A stretch of 64,000 bases of DNA from Octopus sinensis. Its lineage: Eukaryota. The stretch lies in contig NC_043006.1 of assembly GCF_006345805.1 (NCBI RefSeq), positions 90,334,001 to 90,398,000 of the forward strand. The letters are read 5' to 3'. Made by a program: the position numbers and the translations under genes. Under the pieces are notes generated by a model. That model worked only from the letters and a program-made list of their open reading frames with translations, had not been told where the DNA came from and did no database searches. Numbering within the stretch: the first letter of the stretch is position 1; every line of letters starts with the position of its first letter. Below, piece after piece: positions 23,637-37,665 of the stretch.

Positions 23637-25359
23637 CTATAGAAAAATGCAAAAAAATCTTTGAAAACTATCCCTTCATTTTGGTTTACTAAATGATTCA
23701 CTGCTCAATAGCATCTGCAGGATACCAGGGGTCCAGGGGCAAGTGAACAACTGTTTAACTCAGTCCAAATTGCGGAACTGACCAGCTGAATTACATGGAA
23801 TGCGTTTTACTGAGTAATCAGCATAATGTGGAGTGTCAATTTAGTGAAAAGATATGCAGAGGGGCAACTACGCTAATTTGCCAAGATCTATCTGCTCAAC
23901 TCTGTATTACTCCGTGTGTGTGAGCATGCCCTCATTGCTTAACAACTGGTGTTGGTTTGTTTGTGTCCCCATAGCTTAGCACTGTAGCAAAACGACTAAA
24001 AGTATCAAATATAAAGAAACAAGTGAAAGATAAAAAAAAATAACATTCAGTTGTTTGATGAAATGGTCAACCTACTTTCTGAATTAATATTCTGCAGTGG
24101 CTGAGAATTCCACAGATATATGCACCCTTTTTGTTATTCTAAGACAGAATCAATATGATGTAGGTGTAACAGGGTACAGCCCACCCAATGGGATTCTGTA
24201 CATTTTTCCTCCTATAAACAAATTCACTCACAAGGCTTCGCTCACACATATTTCAGTGTGTAAGCATATTAGTTCTCTGATCAAATGGAGAACTCATTTA
24301 ATAAGAGAACTGGTTGAGTAATTCTCAGATTTGTACCCTCAATATAATTCTTGGGTAGAATCAGCATAATGTGGAGTGTCAAGGCCAGACTTTTGAATTA
24401 GAGGCAGAGTACATAGGATGTACTTCTGAATGACTTCCATCTACCCAAATTTAATCACATAGCTTAGATGAATTTGAGACTATGGTAGATGCATTTAACC
24501 CAAGATGCCATGCAATGGAACAGGACCTGAGATCTTGTGGTTGTAATGCAAACTTCTTAACCATTCAGCCATGTCTATGTACCTACTGTGGCTGTAATGA
24601 TACAACAGCTTTGAGCTTGTGGCCACATAATCAATACGATAACATTCTAACTAACTCAATCAAAAATACTAAATAGAGCAGCACAGCATGCAACAAATAA
24701 TTAAATAATACGTTTTCCATAAAATAAAATAAAATCCAAACAAGGGTAATTGTAATAAAGACCATTCTATTTCCTGAATTTATAACTGTAAAATACACCC
24801 ATTGTAGTTAATTACAGTTTAATGAAGTTAATACGGAAACAGACCATGTTAAATGTTTGGTGCAGTTTTACAACAATGAAAGCATTTTAAGGTCACTTAT
24901 CTATTAACACAGAATTCAAAGTAGTGAATCTCAATTAAATTTCACTTCATTAATCAAATGAAACAACAAGAGAAAGACAGTATTGTCAAGAAGGAAAATT
25001 TATTTATACTGTAGTTTGAAAGTGGCAAATTCTGTTTGTATATCTGACAAAATTTTCATTGAAGTTGTTTTCATTTCATGTTTGTTTTGACTTAAAGATC
25101 AATTAATTACAAAAGGAGGTGTTAGTTCAATATAACAGACATCAAGTAAAATTCTTATCCAACTGATTCAGCTGTTTCACAAGAAATGTTTTAGATGTCT
25201 TTACAACAAGCCACATTGATACTTTCCGTTCAGGCTGCTTAGCTTGACTCTGAATTCTATTACACATTACACTTTTAAACAGTGGAACAACTACAAGAGA
25301 AATACTAGCAACGGGAACCAACTACTTGGTTGTTCAGAACCATTTAACGTCAGCGATTA

Positions 25360-25595
25360 CCTATTTCTTTACTACCCACAAGGGGCTAAACACAGAGGGG
25401 ACAAACAAGGACAGACAAACAGATTAAGTCGAATACATCGACCCCAGTGCGTAACTGGTACTTATTTAATCGACCCCAAAAGGATGAAAGGCAAAGTTGA
25501 CCTCGGTGGAATTTGAACTTAGAATGTAGCGGCAGATGAAATACCACTAAGCATTTCGCCTGGCGTGCTAATGTTTCTGCCAGCTCACCACCTTA
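25360..25595 (-). mobile_element. Well-preserved full-length SINE family B with target-site duplication
   Basis: Head ggtggtgagctggcagaaacattagcacgcc, B-box-like gttcaaattcc; flanked by ttaacgtcagcgattacc at ~25344-25361 and ~25593-25610. Confidence 0.9.
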
Positions 25596-25687
25596 ACGTC
25601 AGCGATTACCATGGGTGGAATGGTTGAATGATTTTTTAGTAAAATGTGTTCACTTGAACACTGTTGGTACAATTGTAACTAAAGGGG

Positions 25688-25876
25688 TAAGAATGGCTGG
25701 GTGGTTAAAAAGGTCATTTTGAAACCACATGGTTTCAGGCTCACTTCCACTGAGAGGTACCTTGGGCAAGCATCTTCTACTACAGCCCCAGGATTGACCA
25801 ATGCCTTCTGAGGGCATTTGGTAAACAGAAACTGGACAAAGCTTGTCAAACACAGATACACTTATATATATATATG

Positions 25877-25911
<35 letters not shown>

Positions 25912-26145
25912 GTCTCCTTGCCTTTGCATCACATGATGGTTGTGGATGAGTGACAGCAAGTGGTTTCCTTCATTTCCAATCTTCCGAGAAAACATATCCG
26001 ATCATGAGGAAATATTACTTTGCTTGGAAAGTGGTGAGGGTTGGCAACAGGAAAGGCATCTGGCCAGAGGAAATTCACCCCAATAAATTTCATCTGACTC
26101 ATTCTAGTATGGAAAAGTGGCTGTGAAATGACAATGATGATGATG
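25688..26145 (+). mobile_element. SINE family A head + (TA/TG)n + body with RTE-type (GAT)n tail
   Basis: aaccacatggtttcagg...ccttgggcaagc head; ggaaaggcatctggcc...atggaaaagtgg...(atg)n tail. Confidence 0.65.
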
Positions 26146-26248
26146 ATATATATATGCATGTGGAATGCATAGCCAGTTCTAATGAAATATAAGGTCGAAT
26201 ATTTTTGAGTGATCAACAGAATATGTGTTTTAGATATATATTAACATT

Positions 26249-26297
26249 TCAGTTGTATGGAAATGAATTCAAACATTCTCTGGCATCGAACACAATA
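26249..26297 (-). CDS. Candidate terminal exon (phase 2: xIVFDARECLNSFPYN*)
   Basis: Pyrimidine-rich AG-free run ending ccatttctag|T. Confidence 0.22.
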
Positions 26298-27569
26298 CTA
26301 GAAATGGAATTTGTTCCATTGTAGACAATATGGTGAAAGGAGATCATTTGAAAGAAAGGAATTAGATGAGGGAGAAATAAAAACACCTTAACAAAACTAA
26401 ATATTATTAATCAAAAAGAAACATAAAGGGTTTATTGTGAATGAAGGATTCCATAAGAGAAATGAAATGTCACGAGTTGGACATAATGAAATCTGTTGAT
26501 GCAAAAGACAAACTCAGGATGAGAGAAATATCCAATAACATAATGAAATAAAAACAAAAGTAGACGGAACAAAATACAATTGTGTAGGGTAGAGTAACAT
26601 GGATAGGGGGCAACCCCCAAAATCATGGAGGAGGGAGCGTACAATTTTAGCTTTCATTAAAATTTTCAGAATCAATGAAGATAATCAATTGAACGCTGGA
26701 TATTGTCCGTGCTTCTGTTTAGATGATGACAAACATTTATTTTCAAGAGTTCTTAGAACTGAAAGAAATTTCTTGAATGAATCCAAGTTACTTTGTGGAT
26801 TTTATTAGCAATGGTTTTTGCACAAGTTTGATTAGTATTACGAGTTGCTGCTGCTGCCACTACTCAAGGAAAAGTGGCATAAATTTCAGAGTTAAAAGGA
26901 ATTAATCTCAAATATTGAAATTGAATTGAACACAAAATACAAACACACAAATACAAAGGGGAACAAGTCCTCCTCAATTCAGATTTTGAAATTAAACATA
27001 AAAATAATTTGGTTCACAGCAAACACAACAACAAAATCTTCATTGTGTAAAACGTGCAATATTTCCCAATAATCCACACAACTTTTATTACACCCTGTAC
27101 ACCCTGTTCACATCAACCACGAACCAATGCTAACTGCTTAATTTTGTTACAAGTATACAGGGTTAGCAAATATGGTTTGCACCAGACCAATAATCTATAT
27201 CACTGATATGTTACTTTTGGAATTTATATGACAATCTATTCCAAAAATTACTAGAAAGACTTTGCAAGTTATTTTAAAAATATGTTCCTGATAAATCACA
27301 GAACTTCATGCAAAGTTTTCTCCACAGAACACAAAACCTAGTTTCACTTTACAAGTACCCATTGTGTTATGGAAGCATTGTATTCCTGAAAATCTCATAA
27401 CATAGAATTCTTAAATTCTGCCGTTGATTTCTATCTTCCTTCAGTTCTATGTAAAATGGAAATCAATGAGAAATTAATTTTTTATTATGGAATGCCATAA
27501 AATGGTAAGATTTTCAGGAATGTAATGATTCTGTAATGTCAAAATTCCTGTATTTAACAATTTGGGTAC

Positions 27570-27722
27570 AAGCACAGCCACATGATTAAGAGTTTTGCTT
27601 TGCAACTGTTTAGTATTAGATTCAAACCCATTCTATGTCACATTGGGCAAATGTCTTCTATCATGGCATCAGATCAATCAAAACCTAGTAAGGGAAATTT
27701 AGAAAATGGAAACTCTATGGAA
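27570..27722 (+). mobile_element. SINE family A, diverged
   Basis: gattaagagttttgc...ttgggcaaatgtcttcta...atggaaact. Confidence 0.55.
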
Positions 27723-27915
27723 GATTGTTGGAAGAACTATTTCTGTTCTTGGGTTGTAGACTTAATCCATTATCTGATTTAACACCACAACTTGATCTGT
27801 AGAGGCCTTTAAACAGTCCAGTTTGTGGCGAATATTTGGGGAAAGGACTCAAGTCTGTCGGAAAATATCTTTCTTCTTCTTCCACACCAATACATTGGCA
27901 CTGTGCTTCATCTAC
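27716..27915 (-). CDS. Candidate terminal exon (phase 1: xDEAQCQCIGVEEEERYFPTDLSPFPKYSPQTG...NNLP*)
   Basis: NAGNAG acceptor tttttacatacatatctag|tag; ~65 open codons in phase 1, immediate stop in phase 2. Confidence 0.3.
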
Positions 27916-28132
27916 TAGATATGTATGTAAAAATAAGGAAATATAATATATTCAAAAATAAAATTTAAAAAAAACGACAACCTTTGTATGAAGATCTGAA
28001 TAGCCAACCAATCCTTATGCTTCACTGGCAATAATGGTGCTTTCTTGCCAACCGTATTCCTAAGATGCTGATGCTTCTACTATTTTATACATTCTATTAT
28101 CAGAACAATCAAAAGGTCACCAAAATCAAGAA

Positions 28133-28325
28133 CTACATTTGCATTATATTTGAAATCATTCCTTCCATTTCAATTTTGTTTTTTCTCCTTATCTCTGTTA
28201 TTTGTCTTTGAGGCTGTACCAAACTAAATTCCAGTGAATATGCTTTGCTCATGTCAGTCATAATAAATGATTTCTTACACTGATAATGATTTCTTCTATG
28301 TAAATGGTAATCAAGCAATTTCTTT
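28133..28325 (-). CDS. Candidate terminal exon (phase 2: xKKLLDYHLHRRNHYQCKKSF...NIMQM*)
   Basis: AG-free run ending ccaaatgctag|A; 63 open codons. Confidence 0.25.
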
Positions 28326-28619
28326 CTAGCATTTGGTATGGACAGAAGTATTTTAGAAGCAGTTGAGAAGTATAAGCAGATACACAATTTCTTTGAGGAA
28401 TCACAGTTTGTTATACTTATTAAGAATTAGTTTTACCTCATGTTTAAGTAAATTAGCAAAATTATTGCTGTCAGACAGAATACCTCACACTATTTAGTTA
28501 CAGATCTTTACATTCTGTGTTCAAATCTGACCAATAAACTTCACCTTTTATATATCTGGTGTTTATAAAATATTGGTCAAGTCTGTCTTCATAATTGGAG
28601 GCCTTGCATCAATGCCGGA

Positions 28620-29115
28620 AAACAACAGTAAAAGTCAGTGCTGGTTTTAATACTGATTTCCAAAAGTGAAAGAAAATATCCTTTGGACATAAATAGAATC
28701 CATCTTGATGTGTAACATCAAACATCGGGAAATGAATACAAAAGCTTTTCAATGGTGCAAAGATGAGTTCCCTTAGATGAATAATGAAGATATTCTCTTG
28801 AAATAGAGTGGCAAATATCAAAGTCCTAAGACAAGCAGAAGTTTCCAGAAAGCTTCTTGACACCCTAAGAAGACAACAGATTAAGTTCAGTGGACATCTA
28901 ATGAGAAGACAAACCTTTGAACATTTAGTAACAATGGCAAAATGAAAAGGAACAAGAAGCTGAAAAAGAAACAGAGAGAAAAATACTTGGTTTGTATGTA
29001 ATTTGTTGGCTACATAAAGATCAATCCAATAATTTGCTAAATTGCTTGTGGGACAAGAAGGGGCGAAGATACATGATCTCCAATGCTTATAGGCAAGGCA
29101 CATTTAAAAGAAGAA
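28620..29115 (+). mobile_element. Old RTE-clade LINE 3' fragment
   Basis: VANIKVLRQAE...TLRRQQIKFSGHLMRRQTFEHLV resembles RTE ORF2 C-terminus; gaagaa tail. Confidence 0.5.
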
Positions 29116-29249
29116 CATAGTTAAGAGGGAATAGCCTATTACATCGACCCCAGTACATGACTGGTGCTTCAGTATGTAAAAATATGTAATACATTTTGAT
29201 AAAGAGATAGAATTGTAATTTTCATAGGCCTATCTCTCTCTGACTTCAC

Positions 29250-30450
29250 ATAGTAACAAAGTCAGGGAACACATCGTGAGAAGGGTCATGTTCTTAAAAG
29301 AAAATAGCTTGCTCACAAACATCCAGGGAGGAGATACTGCAAACCACTACTACAGCAGTTTGACTGGGTACTAAAAGCAACATACGAATGTGGTATGTCT
29401 CCACTTTACCAAACGCTTCAACTAACTGTTGCATGGTCTTGGTATTGTTGATAAACTAAGGAAATGGCTGCAAGACTTTTCAAAAGATGTCAAACAGATG
29501 CAGCCAATGGTGCTCTCTCTGGAGAGATATTTTATCTCTGTGGAGTCCCTCAGGGAACTGTACTGAGACTACTAGTGTTTGTGGTGGTTCTCTCAGACAC
29601 TCTCTCAGCCTTACATTCAGCCAGTCTCACCAGCTGTGATGATGATACAAAAGTATTGCAAGAAATCAAGGAACCTGATGACATGATATGATCTACAAAT
29701 GAATGTACGAAAGGGCTGATGGAAATAGCATACATTTCAATGCTGAAAAAATTCTAAGCACTTCATTATTGGCCCACAATAGTGGAATAAACAGGATCAG
29801 CAATTCTTACAATCCCAGAGTCAGTGAACTGGGGATTCCACATGAGTAATAATGCAACATTCCATATGAACATTAGCAAGATGGTAGCATTGTGCAGGCA
29901 AGCAGCTGGATGGATTCTAAGATCATTTAGAGCCGCCAGGAAAACGGATATCATGCTACTCTTATGGAGAACTTTCATTCTCGGTCATCTGGATTATTGC
30001 TTCCAACTGTGGTCACCTCAGAGTGTCAAACTGATGGCAGAGCACATGGCAATCCAACAACATAATACAAAACAGATTGACTTGTACAACAAATGAGGAG
30101 AGGCTAAAGGAACTGAAGCTCTACTCCCTAGAGAGAAGGTGTGAAAAATATACAGTGATACACATATGGAAGATCCTGGAAGGTCTAGCAGCCAATTTTG
30201 GGATTGAAAGCTACACCAATCACTGAACTGGATGCCACAGCATAATACCAAAGATGCCATCACCTCCACTTAGAGCAAGGACCAGTTTTAAGGCCCAACA
30301 AGTTTTCAATATTCTGTTAAACAGCCTGAGAGATCTGTGAGGTGTAGACGAAGATGTTTTCAAAGAATATTTGGACAAATTTTTGGACTCAGTTTTACTT
30401 GGCAGGAAATACAATGAAGAGCAGCTCTCTCCAGCTTGCCACTTCCTAAG
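29250..30450 (+). mobile_element. Decayed CR1-clade LINE (RT region)
   Basis: GVPQGTVLRLLVF, CDDDTKV, AAGWILRSF...LWRTFILGHLDYCFQLWSP; many stops. Confidence 0.85.
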
Positions 30451-31159
30451 AAGCAGTTCCAGAGAGAAAGCTGGGAAGTGAGTGTGAAATAAAACTCAAT
30501 TACTCTAAAGATACTGCTCCAGCCTGACACCAACCTCTGGCTAAAACCTGTTACAGTAAAGTCAAAACTGAAATGCCTGCTTCTTTACATGGAACTGAGA
30601 GCAAATGTAATGTCCAGTTGGCTGCAAACCTTTGCATGGAAGTTCTTTGCTTGTTGCTATACAACAGTATCTTGGCTGTTAAACTAAATAAAAGTAACAC
30701 AAGTCGATAATAGAACTTCCCACCTTAAATGGAACAGAAACTATAGAAACAGATAAAAGGAAACGATCGACAATATGGGTGATATCTTTTAAGAAAGCAG
30801 AGCAAAATGATGTGGCTCATTAGGACACACATCTACAGATAGCTGAAAGGCAAATATCAAGTCTATTATGATAACTACTCAACTGTTAAACACACAATAA
30901 GAAAACTTGTATGAAATTGCATCACAAGAGATTGATGTTCATGGTCTGCTGGCAATGTGATCACAGAAGCATTTTATCTGCAGGCAAAATTAATGTTTAA
31001 AAAGGCTTCGGCTATAAACATCTTCATAACAAAACTGTTTTACTTCAACAACCCAGAAACAGATTCAACTTGGTGAAGGATGAAACATTAACTTCTTGGC
31101 AAACAGCAGAGTTCAAAGTCGATGACCAAACATCGAAAAATTATTTCCAAGAAAAGTGC

Positions 31160-31485
31160 AAGCATGACGGTGTGGTTAACAAGTTCGTTTCACACCGATA
31201 TACTTTCAGATTTGGTCCTAGTGTAGGACACCTTGGACAAGTTTCTCCAACTATGGCCAACCCTTGTGATTGGGTTTGGAAGACAGAAACTGGAAAAAAC
31301 TCCTGTTGTATACAAACACATATATATAATAGGCACAAATGTGGCAGTGTGGTTAAGAAGCTTGCTTACTAACCATGTGGTGCTGGATTCAAAAACACTG
31401 TTACACCTTGGGTATTGTGTTCTACTATAGCCCCAGGTTAACAAAAGCTTTGTGACTTGATTTCATGGCCAAAAACTCAGAGACC
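31160..31485 (+). mobile_element. Two tandem SINE family A heads
   Basis: gtgtggttaa(c/g)aag at ~31170 and ~31348, each followed by caccttgg...actat. Confidence 0.65.
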
Positions 31486-31517
31486 TGTTTTATACATACA
31501 TACATCTATTTATATAT

Positions 31518-31815
31518 ACCTGTGTCGGTGGCACATAAAAACACCATCCGAGCGTGGCACCTGTGTCGGTGGCACATAAAAAACACCATCCGAGCGTGGC
31601 CGTTTGCCAGCCTCGTCTGGCACCTGTGTCGGTGGTACATAAAATCACCCACTACACTCTCGGAGTGGTTGGCGTTAGGAAGGGCATCCAGCTGTAGAAA
31701 CACTGCCAGATCTGACTGGACTGGTGCAGCTTTCGGGCTCCCCAGACCCCAGTTGAACCGTCCAACCCATGCTAGCATCGAAAGCGGACGTTAAATGATG
31801 ATGATGATGATGATA
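31518..31815 (+). mobile_element. SINE family C / RTE 3' end with ~41-bp internal duplication
   Basis: cctgtgtcggtggcacataaaa repeated; gtccaacccatgctagcat...cggacgttaaa(tga)n. Confidence 0.85.
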
Positions 31816-31942
31816 TATATATATATATATATATATTGGTAAAAACGGCAAGATAACAAAAGAAAGAGACCTCAATATTATGTAAATAGAGGAAATTTAT
31901 TTGTAAAATAATATGTGACACTATTGTGACATATTATTTTAC

Positions 31943-31984
<42 letters not shown>

Positions 31985-31995
<11 letters not shown>

Positions 31996-32145
31996 CTGAG
32001 AATGTGTGTCTGTCTGCCTGTCTGTGTTTCCCTAAAACTTGAGAACTACACAACCAATTTCATTCAAACTTTACACATGCCTTACTTGGGGTCTGGAGAG
32101 TGTCATCGGCAAAAACAATGTTTAACTTTTTGCCTAGGACGAGCC
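31985..32145 (+). mobile_element. Helitron-like 5' end, second copy
   Basis: Near-identical to 19530-19700. Confidence 0.6.
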
Positions 32146-33288
32146 CACAGCAATATCATAACTTCTTCACTACGCACTGTGTATGCAGAGAAATCAGTCC
32201 ATTTCATTGGCTGCGACACATGTAGAGTAAGGTGAAGAGTGATCATTCAGTGGATTATTTACACATTAGTAGCAACAGTCTTTACATGAGAGTGACCAAA
32301 TGCCACTCACACAGTGTTGGTTGGCTTGATGCTTTAGTAGGGGACATTTGCCCAAGGTGCTGTGCAGTGGGAATGAACCCCAAATTTCATTGCTGGGAAG
32401 CAAAAGAATTGTAATTTGTGAAATGATTAAAGGTTAATTAAAGCAATGATTAAAATGAATATTTTTTTAACAATTAGAGAAGAAAAGTAGCATTTTTATA
32501 TTTACTCCACCACATTGACATAGTTTAAATACCAAAGCTGTGACTTTACATTTGAAAGTTCTGCCCTATGGATAATTATAATATGTCAAACTGCCTCTGG
32601 ACACACCACAATAAATTTGGGGAAAAGACTGAACCTCATCAGCAAAAGAGATCAAGAATGCTACATTTCATTTATTAGTCCAGTTATAAATATATTTAAT
32701 TATCTACATAATGAATTATATTTTCAGTGACAGTCAGTTGTATAGAGGCTACAAATGCATGATATAACAATACTGATATTATTATCAAGATGCTATAAAC
32801 CAAGCTGATGTAACTGAAGGAACAAAGCTATTGGTCACAAATCATGTCTGATAGAGATACAGCATGGAAAGATCCTGCTTTAAGAATTTAAGGAAACAAA
32901 ACACTTCATTTGGCAGCACTGACTTACTGAAGGTAACATGGCAAATCAAACGAGAAATGACTAAAAATATAACAAAAATACTTTTAACTTAATGGACTAA
33001 CTTTTACTGAAAGAAATACTAAAGTGAAACAATCGTACGATGTAATATTATTATTGTTGCTGTTGTCTTAATGTTTATTCCATGACTTATGCAAGAATGA
33101 GTCAGACAGTGTTTGTTGAGGCAGGTTTTCTATGGCTGGATGTCCTTTGGGTTGAAAAGTTCCAAGCAAAACAGCATTTCTTCAAGGCTAGACATGTTTC
33201 CACAGAAGAAAATGAAGGACTTTGTTTACGCATGTTTATTTATAACAAACTCTTGATGTCATGGCAAGACAAATATACATAAATACAT

Positions 33289-33356
<68 letters not shown>

Positions 33357-33499
33357 GTATAGCGCTTAGCTATAACCTTGGAGCCCTAGTAATCCGTTAC
33401 AACACTCACCTAGCATACCTAATTGTTTAGATCACTTGTGAAGTAAATCTGCATATTTTGTATTTGTACATATATATATATATATATGTATGTATATAT

Positions 33500-33650
33500 G
33501 ATAGGCTCCTTTCAGTTTCCATCGATGAAATTCACTCACAAGGCTTTGGTCAATCTGGGCCTATAGTAGAGACTCCTTGCTAAAGGTACCACAAAATAGG
33601 ACTGAACCACATAGCTGGCAAGCAAACTTCTAAACTCTACAGCTATGCCA
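33500..33650 (-). mobile_element. SINE family A
   Basis: tttcagtttcc...attcactcacaaggctttggtc. Confidence 0.7.
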
Positions 33651-33741
33651 GCATCAATATGATATTGAAACTAGTGAAGCTGATTGATCCCTGTTTTTTT
33701 TTTCTGATCCTGTGCATTAAAACAAGGTATTTACATCTTAC

Positions 33742-33769
33742 CCTCTTAGTTAAAACCTATGGTTATATT
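33742..33769 (-). other. Candidate 28-nt stop-containing microexon
   Basis: Acceptor ttcttctaatctacag| with CTAAT branch; donor AGG|GTAAGA; stops in all three frames. Confidence 0.35.
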
Positions 33770-35634
33770 CTGTAGATTAGAAGAACATTAAAATGAAATA
33801 CTGTTAACACATAATTATTTTAAATTCTTGAGTATGGGTTTAGCCTAAATCCAATAGTGGATCCCTGTTTGAAAGTTTCGAAGAGTACGGAACTGAACTC
33901 TTCACTACTATTGTTCCCATATCTGCTCTGACCTAGAGTAGCAGCTCCTGGCAGGATCCCAGCTATAGGCTGATAAACATATTACAGAACTGCATCCAGA
34001 AGAAGGTTACTCACAGACAACCCCATAAACTCAGTGTTGCTTATCCAGGAATACAAAGCCTGCACTCTGATAACTGCTGGACCGAGGGTACTTGTTGCAC
34101 CAAACACTACAAGTTGGAAGGACATGAGGGTGGGACTGGATTGGCAGAAAATATACCCACAACAACAATACTCATCGTGAGGGTTGTTCAGCAAACTCAG
34201 TCCCTGTGTTTTAATGAACACTCACTTGTCAAAACAACATGAAAATACTCCAATTCATTAGTCAAACGAACTATCAAGAATGCATTATAATAAGTAAATT
34301 GGTCTGTTTGATTAGCATAAGCCTTTAGTAAGAGTGGGTTTATAAGCAATATGCTGATGATGGTAATGAAAGTAATTTGTGACTAGTAATATCCCAGCAT
34401 AGGATGGAAACCAGTTCAGTTGATCATCTCTCATTATCTGTTTGCAAAGGTATTGCATATAAAGACAAAGGGTTGGAGTAGACATCATCATCATCATTTA
34501 ACATCTGTTTTACATGGGTTTGATTGTTCAAGAGAAGCCAGTGATTCAGCGGACAGCCAAGTCCCACTCTCTGCTTTGGCATGGTTTCTACTTCGGAATG
34601 CAATCCTAATACCAAACCTACAGACATATCATGTTGTGTAGAATAGCATTCCAAACAAAAAAAAAAACAAAAAAACAAACACATGATACACACGTAAGTT
34701 ACTGAGTGAATTCAAGACAACAAATAATGCTCTGCGTCTGCCAAAAGAATATAGAAAACTCCATAAAATGAAAGAAATTATTTTGCTAAGAGAGAAAAGA
34801 AAAACCTAACATTTCAGGTGGAATCATCTGGAGTTCCAAGTTAATCTTTGGATCAAACAGAAACCACTTGCTGGACTAAGTCTGGCATCTATTTATAACT
34901 CCAAGTTGTAGTTATTTTCAGTTTATTAACTCGTGAAAAAGGCATGAATGTCACAACTGCATTCATTTCCTACTTCCCCAAATAAAAATGTCAATAAAAT
35001 TATCCCAGTTGATGGTTCGATCTGATCCGCAAAAACCAGACAATTGATTTTTATTTATTATAACATTATTCCATGGAGTAAATATTTCTATCTTTATTGT
35101 AATTAAATAATCTTTGATAATTTTTAAATATTTTACTTTCAAAGTCTCTCCATCACTCACTATATTAACGATACACAGAATTCACTTAGAAAGTGATATG
35201 TATTATTTATTTTAACTCTATAATGCCTATTGTTAATAAATTCTTCATGTTTGAAATAATTTGCTCTTATGGGAAGGAAACAATAACATTTAAAGCTTGG
35301 ATGAGTTCTAAGGATTCTTTATGTTGGAATAATAACATGACTGCAGGCAAACAATTCTATTATCTGGCTGTTGTTGCAAAATTATTGGTATTTGAATAAA
35401 TTATGCATACTCTTCTTTTTTTTTTTTTTTTTTGTTACTTGCTTTGGTTACAGGACTTTGCTCATGCTGGAGAATGCTTTGGGTTTAGTCGGTCAAGCTG
35501 ACTCCAGTATTTGGGGTTTAAGCCTGGCACTTCCTGTATTAGTCTCTTTCTTGGTGTACCACTCAATTATGAGGATGTAAACAAACCAGTGCCGGCTGTC
35601 AATTACTGAGAGACAAACACAAAGGCACTAAACA

Positions 35635-36080
35635 CATTGTGTGGTTAAGAGGCTTGCTTCTCAACCATGTGGTCTTGAGTTCAGACCCACTGTTTGGCAC
35701 GAGGACAATTGTCTTCAGTTATAACCTCAGGCCAACCAAAGCCTTCTGATTGGATTTGGTAGACAAAAATAGAAAGAAACAATGTTGTGTGTGTGGGTGC
35801 ATGTATGTGGGTATACGTGAATGCATGTGTCTGTATATGTCTGTGTGTACCTTAGTCTTGACACCATAGAATGGCAGTAAATAAGCATCACTGTCGTACA
35901 AGCAGTGTGGCTTATTTCCAGTCCAGTCATGAAAATCATGTCTAGCCATAGGGAAATATTACCTTTGCTAGGAAACATTGGAGGGTTAGAAACAGGAAGA
36001 GCATCCAGCTGTAGAAAATACATCTCAACAAATTTCATCTTATCCATGCAAGCATGGAAAAGTGAACATTAAAAGATGAG
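35635..36080 (+). mobile_element. SINE family A head + body with RTE-type tail
   Basis: gtggttaagaggcttgcttctcaaccatg; gcatccagctgtagaaaa...ccatgcaagcatggaaaagtg. Confidence 0.7.
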
Positions 36081-36411
36081 ATTTGAGGGCCCTAGAATTT
36101 TGCCCTCACCTGTGAGGTGAAGTGACGACTGAGGTAAACTTTGCTAACAGAAAACGTCCATTTGCAACCATTTTGAATTCATTTCAATTGCCTCAGAAGG
36201 CTTTCTTCAGTTGCTTGAGTTCCAAACCAATCTTCTGCAACAGAGAGAGTACCAGTCTTGCTGGAAATCCAAGGCATCTATCTTTAATAGGGAATAACAC
36301 CATGTGCCCTGTTTTAGCAAGAACTTCATCAGCAAACACTGTATCAAGCCATTTTGATGTGGAGAAGAAGCACAGTCAACAGAATGGACACACATATATT
36401 ATTGGTATTAA

Positions 36412-36591
36412 TTAATTAGAGGCACAGTACATCAGCAAATTTTCTATTTGTTGTTCTAATGTAAGGATGACAGTTCTCGATGAGTTATGGATAATGGATT
36501 TAGTGTCTGTAGGTAATGAAGTGTAACGATGCAGAAACATGTGTTTGAAACTCTGAAGTTGAGCCTCGCTCAGTGTGTTTTCACACACATC
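36412..36591 (-). CDS. Candidate terminal exon (phase 0: DVCENTLSEAQLQSFKHMF...MYCASN*; phase 2: xMCVKTH*)
   Basis: Acceptor ttctccctgtatag|G in unique sequence; 59 open codons in phase 0. Confidence 0.25.
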   Translation of the reverse strand, partial: DVCENTLSEAQLQSFKHMFLHRYTSLPTDTKSIIHNSSRTVILTLEQQIENLLMYCASN

Positions 36592-37199
36592 CTATACAGG
36601 GAGAATTGCTCTGCCAAGGCAGTTTCCACACGGGGCTTCCCACTTTTCATTCGACCCAAACATGTTGAATATAAATGGACATAGCTTTCTGACATTGGAG
36701 TAATCAGATCAAATTAGATGGCATGAGAGAGAGAGAGAATGATGGTAAGAGGGAGAGGGAGAGAGAAAGTAGGAAGAGAGAGTGGACAAGAGTGAAAATG
36801 AGGGAGAGAGAAGGGAAGAGAGAGAGAGAGAGAGAGAATAGGAGCCAGTAAATTCAGGATTTTCTTAGCAAGAACACTGATTCTAGCATTTTCTATCCCC
36901 ATTTCCACCAAATTAAGAATCATACACAGACTTATTTTTGACAAAAACTGCTTCTATCACTAAAACCAAATCCTTTCCAAACCAGATGGCTATTTCTGAC
37001 ACCAGGGATTTGTTAATCACTGTTTTTCAATATCAGTAGATGCTAAGTTTACCTAAGCATATAGCTGGCACTGATGGATGCTTCTTGCTTGCTACTCACA
37101 GACTTTTGAGGTTTTTTAGCGCTTTATGTTTCTAAGAGATGTTTTCTACAGTGTATTCATGTTAAGTGAGAAATACAAAATGCTAAACACACACTCACA

Positions 37200-37392
37200 C
37201 CTTTGCATACATGTATATACATGCATACATATATTTATATTTATACATGTATATACATTTTTTATATATTTGTATGTATATATATATATATATACACACA
37301 CATATATATATATGCACATAAATTGATTTAAGAGCTTTGTATCATCAACATTAGTTAAATGGTGATGATGATGATATACATGTATTTGAATG

Positions 37393-37446
<54 letters not shown>

Positions 37447-37544
37447 TTTATTTATATATGTGTGTATATATATATATATGTATGTGTGTATATATATATA
37501 TTTGTATGTTTATATGCGTGTGTATATATGTGTGTGTATGTGTG

Positions 37545-37586
<42 letters not shown>

Positions 37587-37627
37587 TAGGTACATGCACA
37601 TGTGTGTATATATATATATATATATAC

Positions 37628-37662
<35 letters not shown>

Positions 37663-37665
37663 CCA
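37200..37665. repeat. (TA)/(TG)/(CA) compound microsatellite
   Basis: Direct inspection. Confidence 0.95.

Noticed and set aside
25500-25595. tRNA gene
   Set aside because: A/B-box-like SINE head without a cloverleaf; dispersed multi-copy with TSD.
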